DNA of 64,000 nucleotides from an uncultured bacterium (GTDB lineage Bacteria; Babelota; Babeliae; Babelales; Vermiphilaceae): NCBI GenBank assembly GCA_963695335.1, contig OY968764.1:544001-608000 (forward strand). Reading direction: 5' to 3'. Each line of letters starts with the position of its first letter. The stretch's first letter is position 1. Below the pieces are notes generated by a model. It saw nothing but the letters and a program-made list of their open reading frames with translations. It ran no database searches and had not been told where the DNA came from. A program made the position numbers and the translations under genes. Below are positions 39,067 through 49,163 of this stretch, one piece after another.

Positions 39067-39761
39067 ACATATATGTTTCAAGATTGATAAAAAATTTAAT
39101 ACTTAATCATACATACTTTATATTCCATGTTATTCGTACGTTCCTCATGCCATCACTCTGCGCATCCTGCAAAATTTTTTTATCAACAACTGATATTTTT
39201 TGTGATACGTGCAAACGTACTATTTTTTCCATAGTTTCCAAAGAAGTAGATGTAACACCCAGTTTTTCTATGAAGGTGTTTGCACTTTCTGATTACAAAG
39301 ATCCGCTCAAAAAACTTATTTTGGCAAAAGGGTGGTCAGATACTGTTGCAAGTTATCAAATGGGACAACTGTTATCTGAATTGCCAGCATTGCAACAACT
39401 TGATTGTGATGTTATTGTGCCCATTCCATTGCATTGGACGCGTTATGCATGGCGCGGTTTTAACCAAGCAGAAGAGATTGCGCGTGTTATTCACAAGAAA
39501 AAAAATGTGCCACTCAAACATCTTATTAAAAGAATAAAAAAGACAGCATTCCAATCAACGTTGGTTTCTTCTTTGCGAGGAGAGAATCTTAAAGATGCAT
39601 TTGTGTTACATGAAAAGTGTGCACAAGATTATGTGGGTAAACATATTTTATTGGTTGATGATTTGATGACAACAGGATCAACGCTGCGTTCAGCAGCAAA
39701 AGTGCTATTGCAATTAAAGCCAAACAAAATTACGGTGGCGGTTGTGTGTAGAGTTGTATAA
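39039..39761 (+). CDS. comF: ComF family protein (start uncertain; first ATG 39147)
   Basis: CASC..CDTC, VPIPLH..R..WRGFNQA, LLVDDLMTTGST. Confidence 0.9.
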   Translation: MEIGAKGYEHIYVSRLIKNLILNHTYFIFHVIRTFLMPSLCASCKIFLSTTDIFCDTCKRTIFSIVSKEVDVTPSFSMKVFALSDYKDPLKKLILAKGWSDTVASYQMGQLLSELPALQQLDCDVIVPIPLHWTRYAWRGFNQAEEIARVIHKKKNVPLKHLIKRIKKTAFQSTLVSSLRGENLKDAFVLHEKCAQDYVGKHILLVDDLMTTGSTLRSAAKVLLQLKPNKITVAVVCRVV

Positions 39762-39802
39762 AAAAGTAAGGCCAGGTTTTTATGCTGGCCTTGTGTTGTA
39801 TT

Positions 39803-40681
39803 TTAGTACTCGATTTGATTGATAGCGTTGAGTTTGGACAGTAAGTCAACAAGAAGACAGAGTAAGTGATCTGTTTTTTCAGTGGTTTGTTTCATTGGAT
39901 CGGTTATGTTTATTTTGTCTAAAATGCGTTGGTTATTATAAGATTCTTCAATATTTACTGGATTTTTTATATCTTTTTCATCATCTGAGCAATAACCGTC
40001 ATCTGTGTTTTTTGGTAATACGAATGTTTTATTGAGCTTGTGAGTGTGTACAAGGGCACGTTTGAATTCTCTGATTTCGTTACATTTTTGAGTGACTAGG
40101 GTATTGCGCTCTCCATTAGCACTCAGATATGTTTTGCGAAGATTTTGCATATCAACAATTCTTGCATGAACGGATCCTTTTAATTCAGTAAGAAGATTAT
40201 TCATTTGATTGATGAATTCATTATCATTGGTCTTTATTGTCTTTGCTAATGCCAACTGTTTTTCTTTATTTTGTGCAGCAAGTAATTGATGCACCATGCA
40301 TGCTTGCCCATCGCCAATTTTTATCTGTTTAGGGTGCTTTGCTACGCACATTCTTAATATATCAGAGATGCGTTCGGTATTTCTTTTAATCGTGTAGATT
40401 TGAAGAGCATTATCTAATTTGTGATGATAACTTGAATTTTCAGGGTCAAACTTTCCAGTTTCTAAATCAGAGTAGAGATTTGCTTCTTCATCCCATATGT
40501 AATCGAATGTTGATCTGACAAAACCTAGACCACGTTTTGTGGGTATTGTTGTTACGATGACAGATTCAGCCATGGGATTTGTTGCAATTTTTGGTTGTTC
40601 TTTCTCCATGCTCAATAAAGCTGATGGAGCAAGCAGTGGGAGTAGGAGGAGTGCATGAGCAAGAGAAATGTTTTTTTTCAT
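39803..40681 (-). CDS. Hypothetical secreted helical protein
   Basis: LS-MEKE leader; NPMAESVI and DLETGKFD shared with next gene. Confidence 0.75.
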   Translation of the reverse strand: MKKNISLAHALLLLPLLAPSALLSMEKEQPKIATNPMAESVIVTTIPTKRGLGFVRSTFDYIWDEEANLYSDLETGKFDPENSSYHHKLDNALQIYTIKRNTERISDILRMCVAKHPKQIKIGDGQACMVHQLLAAQNKEKQLALAKTIKTNDNEFINQMNNLLTELKGSVHARIVDMQNLRKTYLSANGERNTLVTQKCNEIREFKRALVHTHKLNKTFVLPKNTDDGYCSDDEKDIKNPVNIEESYNNQRILDKINITDPMKQTTEKTDHLLCLLVDLLSKLNAINQIEY

Positions 40682-40738
40682 TATGTTTTCCTTGTGAGAA
40701 AGGCCAGCTTTTACACTGGCCTTTTATTATGTGCTTGG

Positions 40739-42010
40739 TTATTTATCTGTGAGTTTTTTTTGATTAAGTTCTTCAGTAAGTTCAGATTTTTTAAGTTGGA
40801 ATCCTTTGATTGATTGTATGAGTTCAACCGATTCTTTGATTCCATTTAATTTTTTTTCTGCTGCAGAGATAATGTTTGAATGCACATCATATTTTGGAGT
40901 TTTGAGTTGATTGTTTGTTAACAGTTCTGCTGTAGCAGGTCTGATTGTTTTATTAAGACAGCTAAATGTACTTACATCTCTTCTTAAATCTGTAATACGT
41001 GTATTTTCATATTCCAATGATGCGTTGTAATTTTCCTGCATTTTTTTCATATTGTCTTGGTATGTTGCTATTGTATTGATTATAGAAGACATACAAGCAA
41101 CCGTTGCTAAGTTCCATTCTTTTGTTCTGTCTTTCAGTTTTTGTTCAAGAGTATCATTAGCCAAAATAAGCTCTTTAGAATAATGTGATCTGAGCAATTC
41201 TGAAGCTGGTTGAGCAACTTCATCAGAAATGCGTATCCATATAGCATATTTTTGTTGGCATAAAGCAGCTATTTTAGCAAGAGATAGAACATCATGATTT
41301 TTGGTAGCAGTAGCAATTGCTTGTTCAAGTAGATCAAAAGAATTTTTATATCTTACGTCAAAAGCACCAGTTTCAAGGTCATCAATTATTTGTTGTAAAA
41401 TTTGATATGAGGTGCTGGTATGGTAGCGTAATTTTTCTGTCCAGGTTAATGTTTTCTCTTGAGTTGGAAGAATAACTGATGCCATTAAAGGATTTTCTTG
41501 ATTGTCATTGGTATTGTTGTTTGTAACACGTTCTGGTAAAGATAAATTGATAACTTCAACTTCTGATTTTACGAGGTTAGATGTTTCAGCTTGTGCTTCT
41601 GGATTATAAAGAGGATTTTCAAAAACTGTAACAATGTTAATGTTATTTAATTCTGATTGTTTGATGAACAGTTTTGAGCTTTGAAGGTCTTGTAAAAGTG
41701 GGGTGTGGAAACGAGCAGTATGGTTTTGTTTTTCTTGTTCAATTACTGCATCTGTTATTTGTTGCTTTGCTTGCTCAAATTTTTGTTGTTGCAGTTGAGC
41801 ACGTTGCTGTTTTTCTTCTAATTTTGCAATTTGTTGTTTGTGTTGGTTGATTTTCTGTTGTTGTTTTTTTTCATCAAAACGTTTTTGTTTTCGGTTTTTT
41901 CCTTGAGATGTTGGTTTTTCTTTGTATTGTATCTCCATGCCTAAAATAGGCGCAGCGGTAAGAAGGGAAAGTACAACGAATGATTGAGCAAACAAGATAT
42001 TTTTTTTCAT
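40739..42010 (-). CDS. Hypothetical secreted coiled-coil protein, paralogue of 39803-40681
   Basis: Start MKKNILFAQ; Q/K-rich coil; NPLMASVI, DLETGAFD. Confidence 0.75.
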   Translation of the reverse strand: MKKNILFAQSFVVLSLLTAAPILGMEIQYKEKPTSQGKNRKQKRFDEKKQQQKINQHKQQIAKLEEKQQRAQLQQQKFEQAKQQITDAVIEQEKQNHTARFHTPLLQDLQSSKLFIKQSELNNINIVTVFENPLYNPEAQAETSNLVKSEVEVINLSLPERVTNNNTNDNQENPLMASVILPTQEKTLTWTEKLRYHTSTSYQILQQIIDDLETGAFDVRYKNSFDLLEQAIATATKNHDVLSLAKIAALCQQKYAIWIRISDEVAQPASELLRSHYSKELILANDTLEQKLKDRTKEWNLATVACMSSIINTIATYQDNMKKMQENYNASLEYENTRITDLRRDVSTFSCLNKTIRPATAELLTNNQLKTPKYDVHSNIISAAEKKLNGIKESVELIQSIKGFQLKKSELTEELNQKKLTDK

Positions 42011-42261
42011 AAAGAAATCCTTTTTTGATATGAACAATATCACTGAATGTTTTTTTGATATGATAATGCGCGGCTGTTTTTTTATATGTCTTTGACTCCT
42101 TTTGTTTGATGAATAACGATGACATTTTAACGCGGCTTTGAAATAAATCAAAGATATTTTTACTTTAAATTCTCATTTAATTTGAGCGTTGTAAAATGTC
42201 CATTCTGTGATAGGATAGAAATTATTATCAGGGTATACATTTTTTAAAGTAAAGGGTAGAT

Positions 42262-43287
42262 ATGGATAAAAAATTACAAAAAAAGATATTAATCGGCGGC
42301 GTTTTGGTGTCGCTTTCTTTTTTGCCTGGTTGTGCATTGTTTGATTCATCCAAAGGTCAATCTGCGCAAGATGGTGCAGCGTCAAACGCATCAGCTGCTC
42401 CATTAACTGGTGAAGTTTTGGTGACTATGAAAGGTAAGCCAGTCATTACAACTGATACGTTGGCAGTTGAAAGAGAAAAATTCCTTAAAGCAAATCCTCA
42501 AATCAGACAAGCGCTTGCATTTATGCCTGATCCAAAAGAGTTCGATCGCAATTTGGTTGATGGTTTGATTGGTCAGAAAATTGCAGATGAATATGTTATG
42601 TCACACGGTATTAATCAGACAGCTGCATATAAAACAGAGTTGCAAGATTTATATGAATCTATGGAGCGTATTTTAAATGCAAAATATTTTGGTGAACATT
42701 TAACGGTGGTTGTACCTGATTCAGAAGTAAAAGCTTTTTATGAAGCTAATAAAGACAAATTGCGCGGTGTTATGACGTCACCAGGTGGTGTAATGGCATC
42801 TGGAATTGAATTTGATAACAATGCAGCAGCACGTGCATTTGCATCACGAGCAAAAACTGCTCCTGGAGGATTCAAAAAAACAGCACAAGATGATGGCTTG
42901 AATGCAAAAATTAAAGATTTTAAATTGGTAAATGGTCAAAGTATTGGTATTGAACCAATGTTGCGTGACAAAATTGTTGCGATTAAAACGGTACCATCTG
43001 TTGATGTGATTGAAGTGAATGGAAAATCTTGGGTTGTAAATGCAACAGCAAAAGAAGAACCTAAATTTATTCCGTATGAACAAGTTAAAGATAAACTGAA
43101 ACAAGAATTGGAACAAAATAAACGTGTTGAACTGTTTGAAAAAGAGATCAACAAATTACGTACAGAATATGGCGTTGAAGTGAATGAAGATTATTTTAAA
43201 GGCGCGCCGCAACAAGAAATGCCACAAATGCCTGAGCAACGTGGTGGAGTTGCACAAGCACCTGCAGCGCAAAAAAGAGTTGCATAA
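42262..43287 (+). CDS. PrsA/PpiC-like foldase lipoprotein
   Basis: LPGC lipobox, VPDSEVKAFYEANK, PYEQVKDKLKQEL. Confidence 0.7.
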   Translation: MDKKLQKKILIGGVLVSLSFLPGCALFDSSKGQSAQDGAASNASAAPLTGEVLVTMKGKPVITTDTLAVEREKFLKANPQIRQALAFMPDPKEFDRNLVDGLIGQKIADEYVMSHGINQTAAYKTELQDLYESMERILNAKYFGEHLTVVVPDSEVKAFYEANKDKLRGVMTSPGGVMASGIEFDNNAAARAFASRAKTAPGGFKKTAQDDGLNAKIKDFKLVNGQSIGIEPMLRDKIVAIKTVPSVDVIEVNGKSWVVNATAKEEPKFIPYEQVKDKLKQELEQNKRVELFEKEINKLRTEYGVEVNEDYFKGAPQQEMPQMPEQRGGVAQAPAAQKRVA

Positions 43288-43310
43288 GTTTTTATAGCAA
43301 TGTTGGATGA

Positions 43311-43341
43311 AAAAAGGAGGAGCGAAAGCTCCTCTTTTTTT
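43311..43341. terminator. Intrinsic terminator
   Basis: aaaaaggaggagc-gaaa-gctcctctttttt. Confidence 0.8.
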
Positions 43342-43402
43342 GTTTGTGAGATAAATATGTTATAGTAATGCTCAGTAACCCTGCTTGATTCGAATGATAT
43401 CT

Positions 43403-43533
43403 TGCGCTCGTCCTGAGCCTGTCGAAGGATTTCTTCGAGCGCTCGAAAGATATCCTTTTACCCCAATATCACTCCGTTCGTATTGGGGACCCCATCGGAA
43501 GGAACTGAAGATGGGGAATAGCTGACGAGCGCA
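43403..43533. repeat. Family-A inverted pair, second copy carrying a family-C module
   Basis: gcgctcgtcctgagcctgtcgaaggat, palindromic spacer ttcgagcgctcgaa, then tatcctt[ccccaata..ttggggaccccatc..gatgggg]tgacgagcgc. Confidence 0.88.
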
Positions 43534-43571
43534 GTGAGAAAAGATAAATTTCTAATACAAGAAAGTCCCAC

Positions 43572-44453
43572 ATGAACAAACAAAAAAATGTTACATATTT
43601 ACTATCCTTCATCATCTTCCCTTCAGCCCTTGGTATGCAACTTGCCAAAAGACCTTCTCATTTGAAGAAAAAGTTTATACGCACCATAATAGGTAGAAGT
43701 CCAGAATTATGTGCTATGCGGGAAACATGGCATATCAATAACAGTCCGCAAGAAGTTGTGGATATATCGCAAGGTAAAATTAAAATTAAAGAAGAAATTC
43801 CGGTTGGAAAAAGATATGGGACTGCTCATAACTATGCGTTTACCAAATTAATGGGAATAGTCGGCAAAGCTCCAAAAATTTTAAATATTAAAGGTCAAGA
43901 AGAGTATTATTATGATGGTTATCTTAAGATGTCTGAGTTTTTGGATGCTCGTAGTGAAGCGCAACCTGGTGATTTTGCTGTTTATGTTTGTGAAGATGAA
44001 AAAGGAGAAATTGAAATTACTCACACAGGAATTGTTATAGGTGATGATTGTATAGAATCAAAATGGGGTCCTACACATGCTATTTTTGAGCATCCAACAT
44101 GGTATGTTCCTGCGCAGTTTGGAAACCGTGTTTGGTATTTTAGATTAAAAATAAGTGGGGCTGATTTACTTGCAGAGATTCAAAAAAGATTACAACAAAA
44201 AGAGATAAAAGAGAGATACAATTTGTTGGCAAAGCATTATCAGCAAGAGTTATTTGATAATATTAAGAAATATGAACAAGATAGAGACATCAGTCATGCA
44301 AGAAAGATGTATGGATTATTAGAGTATGAAATGAATGTGCATCTTGATGTTCCCGATGAAAATGGTGTCACTCCATTGATGCATGCGGAAAGAATGGGTT
44401 GTGAAATGTTAAAAGAGTTGTTTGCGACGTATCAGAAATATAATAATGAGTAA
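43572..44453 (+). CDS. Secreted papain-like-family paralogue lacking the conserved Cys, with ankyrin-like tail
   Basis: AHNYA..GDFAVY..ITHTG..ESKWG..EHP; GVTPLMHA. Confidence 0.7.
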   Translation: MNKQKNVTYLLSFIIFPSALGMQLAKRPSHLKKKFIRTIIGRSPELCAMRETWHINNSPQEVVDISQGKIKIKEEIPVGKRYGTAHNYAFTKLMGIVGKAPKILNIKGQEEYYYDGYLKMSEFLDARSEAQPGDFAVYVCEDEKGEIEITHTGIVIGDDCIESKWGPTHAIFEHPTWYVPAQFGNRVWYFRLKISGADLLAEIQKRLQQKEIKERYNLLAKHYQQELFDNIKKYEQDRDISHARKMYGLLEYEMNVHLDVPDENGVTPLMHAERMGCEMLKELFATYQKYNNE

Positions 44454-44469
44454 ATAGAAAAAGGTCAGT

Positions 44470-45345
44470 ATGAAAAGTCGTATAATATTATGTGTATCAA
44501 TACTATCATTACAAATGTGTGCGGATGATATAAGCACACTTGATACATCTAACTTTATTTTAGTAGATCAAATTGAAGCGGTGGTCTATGGCCAAGAAGA
44601 TGTAGAAATTATCACTAAATCTGATATTGATCGCCCAAGCTTGGGTGGTGGATTCAGAACAAAAGATGAAATAATTTTTGAGCGTGAAGTTTTGTTGGAT
44701 GCAAAAAAACATAATATTCCACAAGATGAAGAAGCAGTTGATGCATATCTTGCACAAATACAACGTGAGCACAACTTATCGCAAGAAGAGTTAGAGAATA
44801 TATTCACTGGTTCGGGGTACACAATTGAAGAAGGGCGTGAGCAGTTGCAGATGATGCAAACCGTGAACACCATGATTGATGTCAAAATTCGTTCAAATTT
44901 GATTGTCCCGCGTAGAGAAGTTGAAGAGTATCATACACATCATCCGGTTGTAATAGAAGCAACATATACATTGCAGCGCGCAGTGGTGCCACAATCCAAA
45001 AAAATGTCAGCTGAAAAGCAACATGATGTTTTAGTGAAATATGCGCAAACTGGTAAAGGTGCATCGGGTATTGCCTGGAGTGATCCATTTACCATAAATC
45101 ATGCTGATATTGCGGAAAATAAACAGTTTATCTATGACATGGAACCAGGACAAATTTCAGAGCCACAAGAAGTGAGTGGTGGTTTTGAGATGTTTAAATT
45201 GGTAGAGAAAACACCGGAGACAGTAAAAAGTTTAGAAGATTCGTACCGTGAAATTGTTGATATTTTACGACGGCCAAAATACGATGAATTGATGGAAAAA
45301 TATAAAGAGGCGCTGAGCAAACATGCATCAGTTGTTTATTTTTAA
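44470..45345 (+). CDS. SurA-like chaperone / peptidyl-prolyl isomerase
   Basis: VDQIEAVV...IITKSD, EEAVDAYLAQI, MEPGQISEP..V.GGF. Confidence 0.75.
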   Translation: MKSRIILCVSILSLQMCADDISTLDTSNFILVDQIEAVVYGQEDVEIITKSDIDRPSLGGGFRTKDEIIFEREVLLDAKKHNIPQDEEAVDAYLAQIQREHNLSQEELENIFTGSGYTIEEGREQLQMMQTVNTMIDVKIRSNLIVPRREVEEYHTHHPVVIEATYTLQRAVVPQSKKMSAEKQHDVLVKYAQTGKGASGIAWSDPFTINHADIAENKQFIYDMEPGQISEPQEVSGGFEMFKLVEKTPETVKSLEDSYREIVDILRRPKYDELMEKYKEALSKHASVVYF

Positions 45346-45348
45346 CTT

Positions 45349-46167
45349 TCATTTTCTAATCTCCAACAATGCCGGATCATTCGTGATAATTGGCTCCAGT
45401 GGAATTTGTGGTCGTGGAGCCAAAGGTGATAAATATGGTGTATAAAAATAGTATGGGCGTTGTAATTTAAGTAAAATTTTTAATCCAAACCATACGCCAA
45501 ATATTGGTGGCACCCACCAATATTTTTTTAACCAATTTTTCCACGTAATTTTTGAATTCAATTCATACTTTTCTATAAATGGTGGTAGCTCATTGACCAG
45601 CATATCTATTGCGCTTAAAACTTCTGCAATTGGCAACTGATTAATGATATTGTTGATTGCAATAATTGTTTCGAGCGTTGATTTTTTTATTGGATGGTGA
45701 TGTTGCGCGCATTCATCAAAAAGAATGTGTTTGTGAACAGCAAAAATAAGAATGAGTGTTTCGTGTAAGAAGTGGCTGCTCTGCGCATTAATGTTGTGCT
45801 GAGTGTATTGGAGCAATAGAATAATTGGTTTAAGCGATTCGGCGGCGATTGCTTGTTTAAGACTGTTACATATGGTCGGATGAGAAAAAGTAACTGGTCC
45901 CAGTTGTATGGAATCTGCTTGTTCAGTGATATTGCATGGAGCATAATGATACTGTTGTTTATGTAAGCGTGATAAAAAGTTGATAGATTTTGTAAGGCAT
46001 GGAATGCAGTAAGTATGTTTTTTTAATCCGCTTAACCCTTCGATACATTTTTGCTTTGCAAAAACACTCAGGGCGAGCGGAAAGGATAAAGCATTTTCTT
46101 TTAAGGGGACCCCCGATTGTAATGAAATGAAAATTGGGGCAATAGTAATTGTTATTACTTTTTTCAT
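45349..46167 (-). CDS. Hypothetical membrane protein; 5' region contains repeats in frame
   Basis: 272 aa, C-terminal TM (WWVPPIFGVWFGL), CAGG RBS. Confidence 0.65.
   Translation of the reverse strand: MKKVITITIAPIFISLQSGVPLKENALSFPLALSVFAKQKCIEGLSGLKKHTYCIPCLTKSINFLSRLHKQQYHYAPCNITEQADSIQLGPVTFSHPTICNSLKQAIAAESLKPIILLLQYTQHNINAQSSHFLHETLILIFAVHKHILFDECAQHHHPIKKSTLETIIAINNIINQLPIAEVLSAIDMLVNELPPFIEKYELNSKITWKNWLKKYWWVPPIFGVWFGLKILLKLQRPYYFYTPYLSPLAPRPQIPLEPIITNDPALLEIRK
46028..46140. repeat. Family-A copy plus half family-C module inside ORF 45349-46167
   Basis: cccttcgatacatttttgctttgcaaaaacactcagggcgagcgg; ggggacccccgattgtaatgaaatgaaaattgggg. Confidence 0.88.
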
Positions 46168-46188
46168 ACCTGTTATTTCTTGTTGCTT

Positions 46189-47433
46189 TTAAACTTGCTC
46201 TTCCTGCTGATCAAGATGATGCTGCCAAAGATTGAGAGCTTTTTCTACAAGATCATTATGTTTAGTGCTGAGTTCAGGTTTTGTTGCAAAATAGTTATTG
46301 AGTAATGTCGGAAGATCCATAGCAACTTTTAAGGCACAACTTCTTTTTTCACGAGCTTTAGAGTTGTGTACAGGAATAACACCAATCAAATCATGAGCGT
46401 CTTGGCATGCTTGTTCAACAATTTTTAAATCAACCAAATCTTTTTTCCCATCAGGGATGTGATACACAATTTTAACAATAGCATCACGCAACTGATGTTT
46501 TTTTATTTCATTAATGATCTGATCTGTTTGAGAAATACCCGATTGCAAATTCACATCAATTTGTATGAATGGTCGAGTGGCAACGGGAATAAATTCATAC
46601 GTCGCTTTATTTTTTTCTGGAATGCTGATTAAGCAAAAACCTTTCTCCTCTTTGCGTTCACCAAAATCAATACGTTCAATTGATCCTGAATAGACAATAG
46701 CAGGGTATCCAGATGGGTTAAGGTTTTGATGACGATGCAGATGGCCCAGTGCAACATAATCGAACGGTTTAATAGCCAATTGCGATGGCATAAGCATGGG
46801 ATCATTGCCGTAAATTGCGCGTTTCTCTGATCCAGAAAATATGCCCGTGCTTACGGTGATGTGGCTTGCTAGTACTGCAGGAATAGTTTGATCAATTTTT
46901 TGTGCTAGATCAGTAATAATATGAGCAATTGCTTTGGAGATATATTCCGTGATTTGCGAATTTGATTTATCAAGATGTTTATCGGCAATTGCGATAGTGT
47001 TACGTGTTGGCCATGGAACACCCACAATAGTGATAGGACCATTTTTGGTGTTGAGTACAATTGATCCCGGTTTTGAAAACACGTGAAAACCATCAATAGG
47101 TATTTCTCCAAACATATCAAGCGCATGCGCTTTACCAAAACTTAATGGATGGTCATGATTGCCGATAACAATAACAATGGGAATGCCTGCTTTGTATAAG
47201 CGTAAAAAACATTTGAATAACAGCTTTTGTTGTGTTTGGCTTGGGTTGTGCGTTTTATATGCATCACCTGCAAATAAAAAGAAATCAACTGATTCTGAAA
47301 TTGCGGTATTGATGCAACTGTTGAGTGCTTTTTCAAAATCAAGCAATCGTGTATGAATACCTGTTTTGGCATCAATTTTTCCATAATTTTCCATGCCAAA
47401 ATGAATATCAGCGGTGTGAATAAATCGGATCAT
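46189..47433 (-). CDS. sbcD: SbcD/Mre11 family exonuclease
   Basis: HTADIHFG, FAGDAY, IGNHD, YVALGHLH, YSGSIERIDFGE. Confidence 0.95.
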   Translation of the reverse strand: MIRFIHTADIHFGMENYGKIDAKTGIHTRLLDFEKALNSCINTAISESVDFFLFAGDAYKTHNPSQTQQKLLFKCFLRLYKAGIPIVIVIGNHDHPLSFGKAHALDMFGEIPIDGFHVFSKPGSIVLNTKNGPITIVGVPWPTRNTIAIADKHLDKSNSQITEYISKAIAHIITDLAQKIDQTIPAVLASHITVSTGIFSGSEKRAIYGNDPMLMPSQLAIKPFDYVALGHLHRHQNLNPSGYPAIVYSGSIERIDFGERKEEKGFCLISIPEKNKATYEFIPVATRPFIQIDVNLQSGISQTDQIINEIKKHQLRDAIVKIVYHIPDGKKDLVDLKIVEQACQDAHDLIGVIPVHNSKAREKRSCALKVAMDLPTLLNNYFATKPELSTKHNDLVEKALNLWQHHLDQQEEQV

Positions 47434-48968
47434 TGTTCTTCTTCTGAGGTATCAGGATGTATAACGCGAGCGCCACTAAATAAAAATTCATCAACTTTGC
47501 AAGCATCTTGCTCTGGTAGCAGTTGTGCTTGATATGCGCGTTTTTTTGTATAATTACATTTTGTTGTTTGATGTGAACGTGCAATTGCTAATGCATCATC
47601 GGGAACATCAGATGTTATGGTTGAACCTGCTGCAGTGAATGCATTGTTGCCAATAGTGATTGGAGCTATGAGAGAGTTGTTGCTACCAATAAATGCATGA
47701 TCTTTAATAACTGTTTCATGTTTATTAATACCATCGTAGTTACAGGTAATTGTTCCTGCACCAATGCTTACGTGTTCTCCAATGGTTGCATCACCGATAT
47801 AACTGAGATGTTTTGCTTTTGTTTTTTTCTCAAGTGTGCTGCTTTTAACTTCAACAAAATTGCCAATAATGCACTGTTCGCCAACGGTTACATTGGAACG
47901 TAAACGTGCAAATGGTCCAACTTCAGCATTTTCTTTGATGTATGCATTATCAATCACGCATTGTGGATGTATGGTTACATTGTCTTCGAGAATAACATTA
48001 TTCAGCGATGAAAACTCTTTAACCGTGCAATGTTGTCCAATAATAGTGTTACCACATAAATGAACACCGCTACCAATATATGATCCTTGACCAATGGTTA
48101 CATCAAGATCAATATATACGGAGTTAGGAAATGAAAAACGTACACCTTGGCTCATCCAATAATTGATTAATTCAGTTTGTTTGACATGTTCCGCTGCAGC
48201 CAGTTCTTGGAATGTATTGATACCGCGAACAGTATTAAAAGGTACATCTGTTGTTGTAACAGGTAAGTTATTGTCACTTGCTATTTTGACTAAATCAGTG
48301 ATGTAAAATTCTCTGCTTGCATTATTAGTGTTAAGTGCTGTGATGTAATCCTCTAAAAATTTTTTATTGATAAGATAGATGCCAGCATTAACACAGTTAT
48401 AATTATTGATATTTTCTTTAAAATCTTTTGCCTCAATAATGCGTATAGTTCCATCTATAGTGAGTACTCTGCCATATGCTTTTGCTGTTTCATCTGGATC
48501 TGATGATGTTACAAAACTGATAGCTGCATCATGTTCTATGTGTTTGTTATATAGTTTTGTAATAACTTCTGCGGTAACAAAAGGAACATCTCCATTCATG
48601 ACTAAAATATGATCACGATTCCATAAATGTTTACTGCATGCAACTGCATGACCTGTGCCTTCTTGTTTTTCTTGCGTTACAAAATCAACGTTTATATTTT
48701 CGCTCGCAATAATATTTTTAATCAGTTCTTGTTGATAACCAACAACTACAATTGTTGGGATGTTGAGTGATTGGAGTAGTTTTGTGGGAAAAAGAATCAT
48801 TGCTTGACCGCAAATTGGATACGCAAGTTTTGTTGTGTTTGTGTGAAAACGTGTTGCTCTTCCTGCAGCTAAAATAACTGCTTGAATGTCTTGAAGATTA
48901 TTAATCATTTGATTCCCTTTTTGATTACTTATACTGAGAATGCTGAGTATGAAGATATATTTTTTCAT
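47430..48968 (-). CDS. glmU: Bifunctional UDP-GlcNAc pyrophosphorylase/acetyltransferase (alternative start 48908)
   Basis: VILAAGRATR, GTGHA, NGDVP, VGPFARLR, GNFVEVK, HLSYIGD, TCNYDG. Confidence 0.97.
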   Translation of the reverse strand: MKKYIFILSILSISNQKGNQMINNLQDIQAVILAAGRATRFHTNTTKLAYPICGQAMILFPTKLLQSLNIPTIVVVGYQQELIKNIIASENINVDFVTQEKQEGTGHAVACSKHLWNRDHILVMNGDVPFVTAEVITKLYNKHIEHDAAISFVTSSDPDETAKAYGRVLTIDGTIRIIEAKDFKENINNYNCVNAGIYLINKKFLEDYITALNTNNASREFYITDLVKIASDNNLPVTTTDVPFNTVRGINTFQELAAAEHVKQTELINYWMSQGVRFSFPNSVYIDLDVTIGQGSYIGSGVHLCGNTIIGQHCTVKEFSSLNNVILEDNVTIHPQCVIDNAYIKENAEVGPFARLRSNVTVGEQCIIGNFVEVKSSTLEKKTKAKHLSYIGDATIGEHVSIGAGTITCNYDGINKHETVIKDHAFIGSNNSLIAPITIGNNAFTAAGSTITSDVPDDALAIARSHQTTKCNYTKKRAYQAQLLPEQDACKVDEFLFSGARVIHPDTSEEEQ

Positions 48969-49008
48969 AACATTCCTTACAATCAGTTTTATACAAATAT
49001 GTTGGCTT

Positions 49009-49056
49009 GCCCTTCGTCCTTCGACAGGCTCAGGATGAGCGGAGAGCGAAGTAGGG
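49009..49056. repeat. Family-A copy nested inside a family-B hairpin
   Basis: gcccttcg[tccttcgacaggctcaggatgagcggaga]gcgaagtaggg versus empty B at 16547. Confidence 0.8.
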
Positions 49057-49097
49057 ATGAGTGTATCATGTTTTTAGAATTTTTTCATTGCAAATAA

Positions 49098-49148
49098 ATA
49101 GGCCCACACTGCTTAAAAATATTTAAAATTTAAGCAGTGTGGGCCTAT
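49098..49148. terminator. 20-bp perfect inverted repeat, probable terminator
   Basis: ataggcccacactgcttaaa / tttaagcagtgtgggcctat, 15 nt after the stop of 49164-51482. Confidence 0.55.
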
Positions 49149-49163
49149 ATTTATTTTTTAAAT

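Noticed and set aside
39039..39761. comF as genomic-context support for the raiA-like RNA
   Set aside because: About 9 kb away with unrelated genes between
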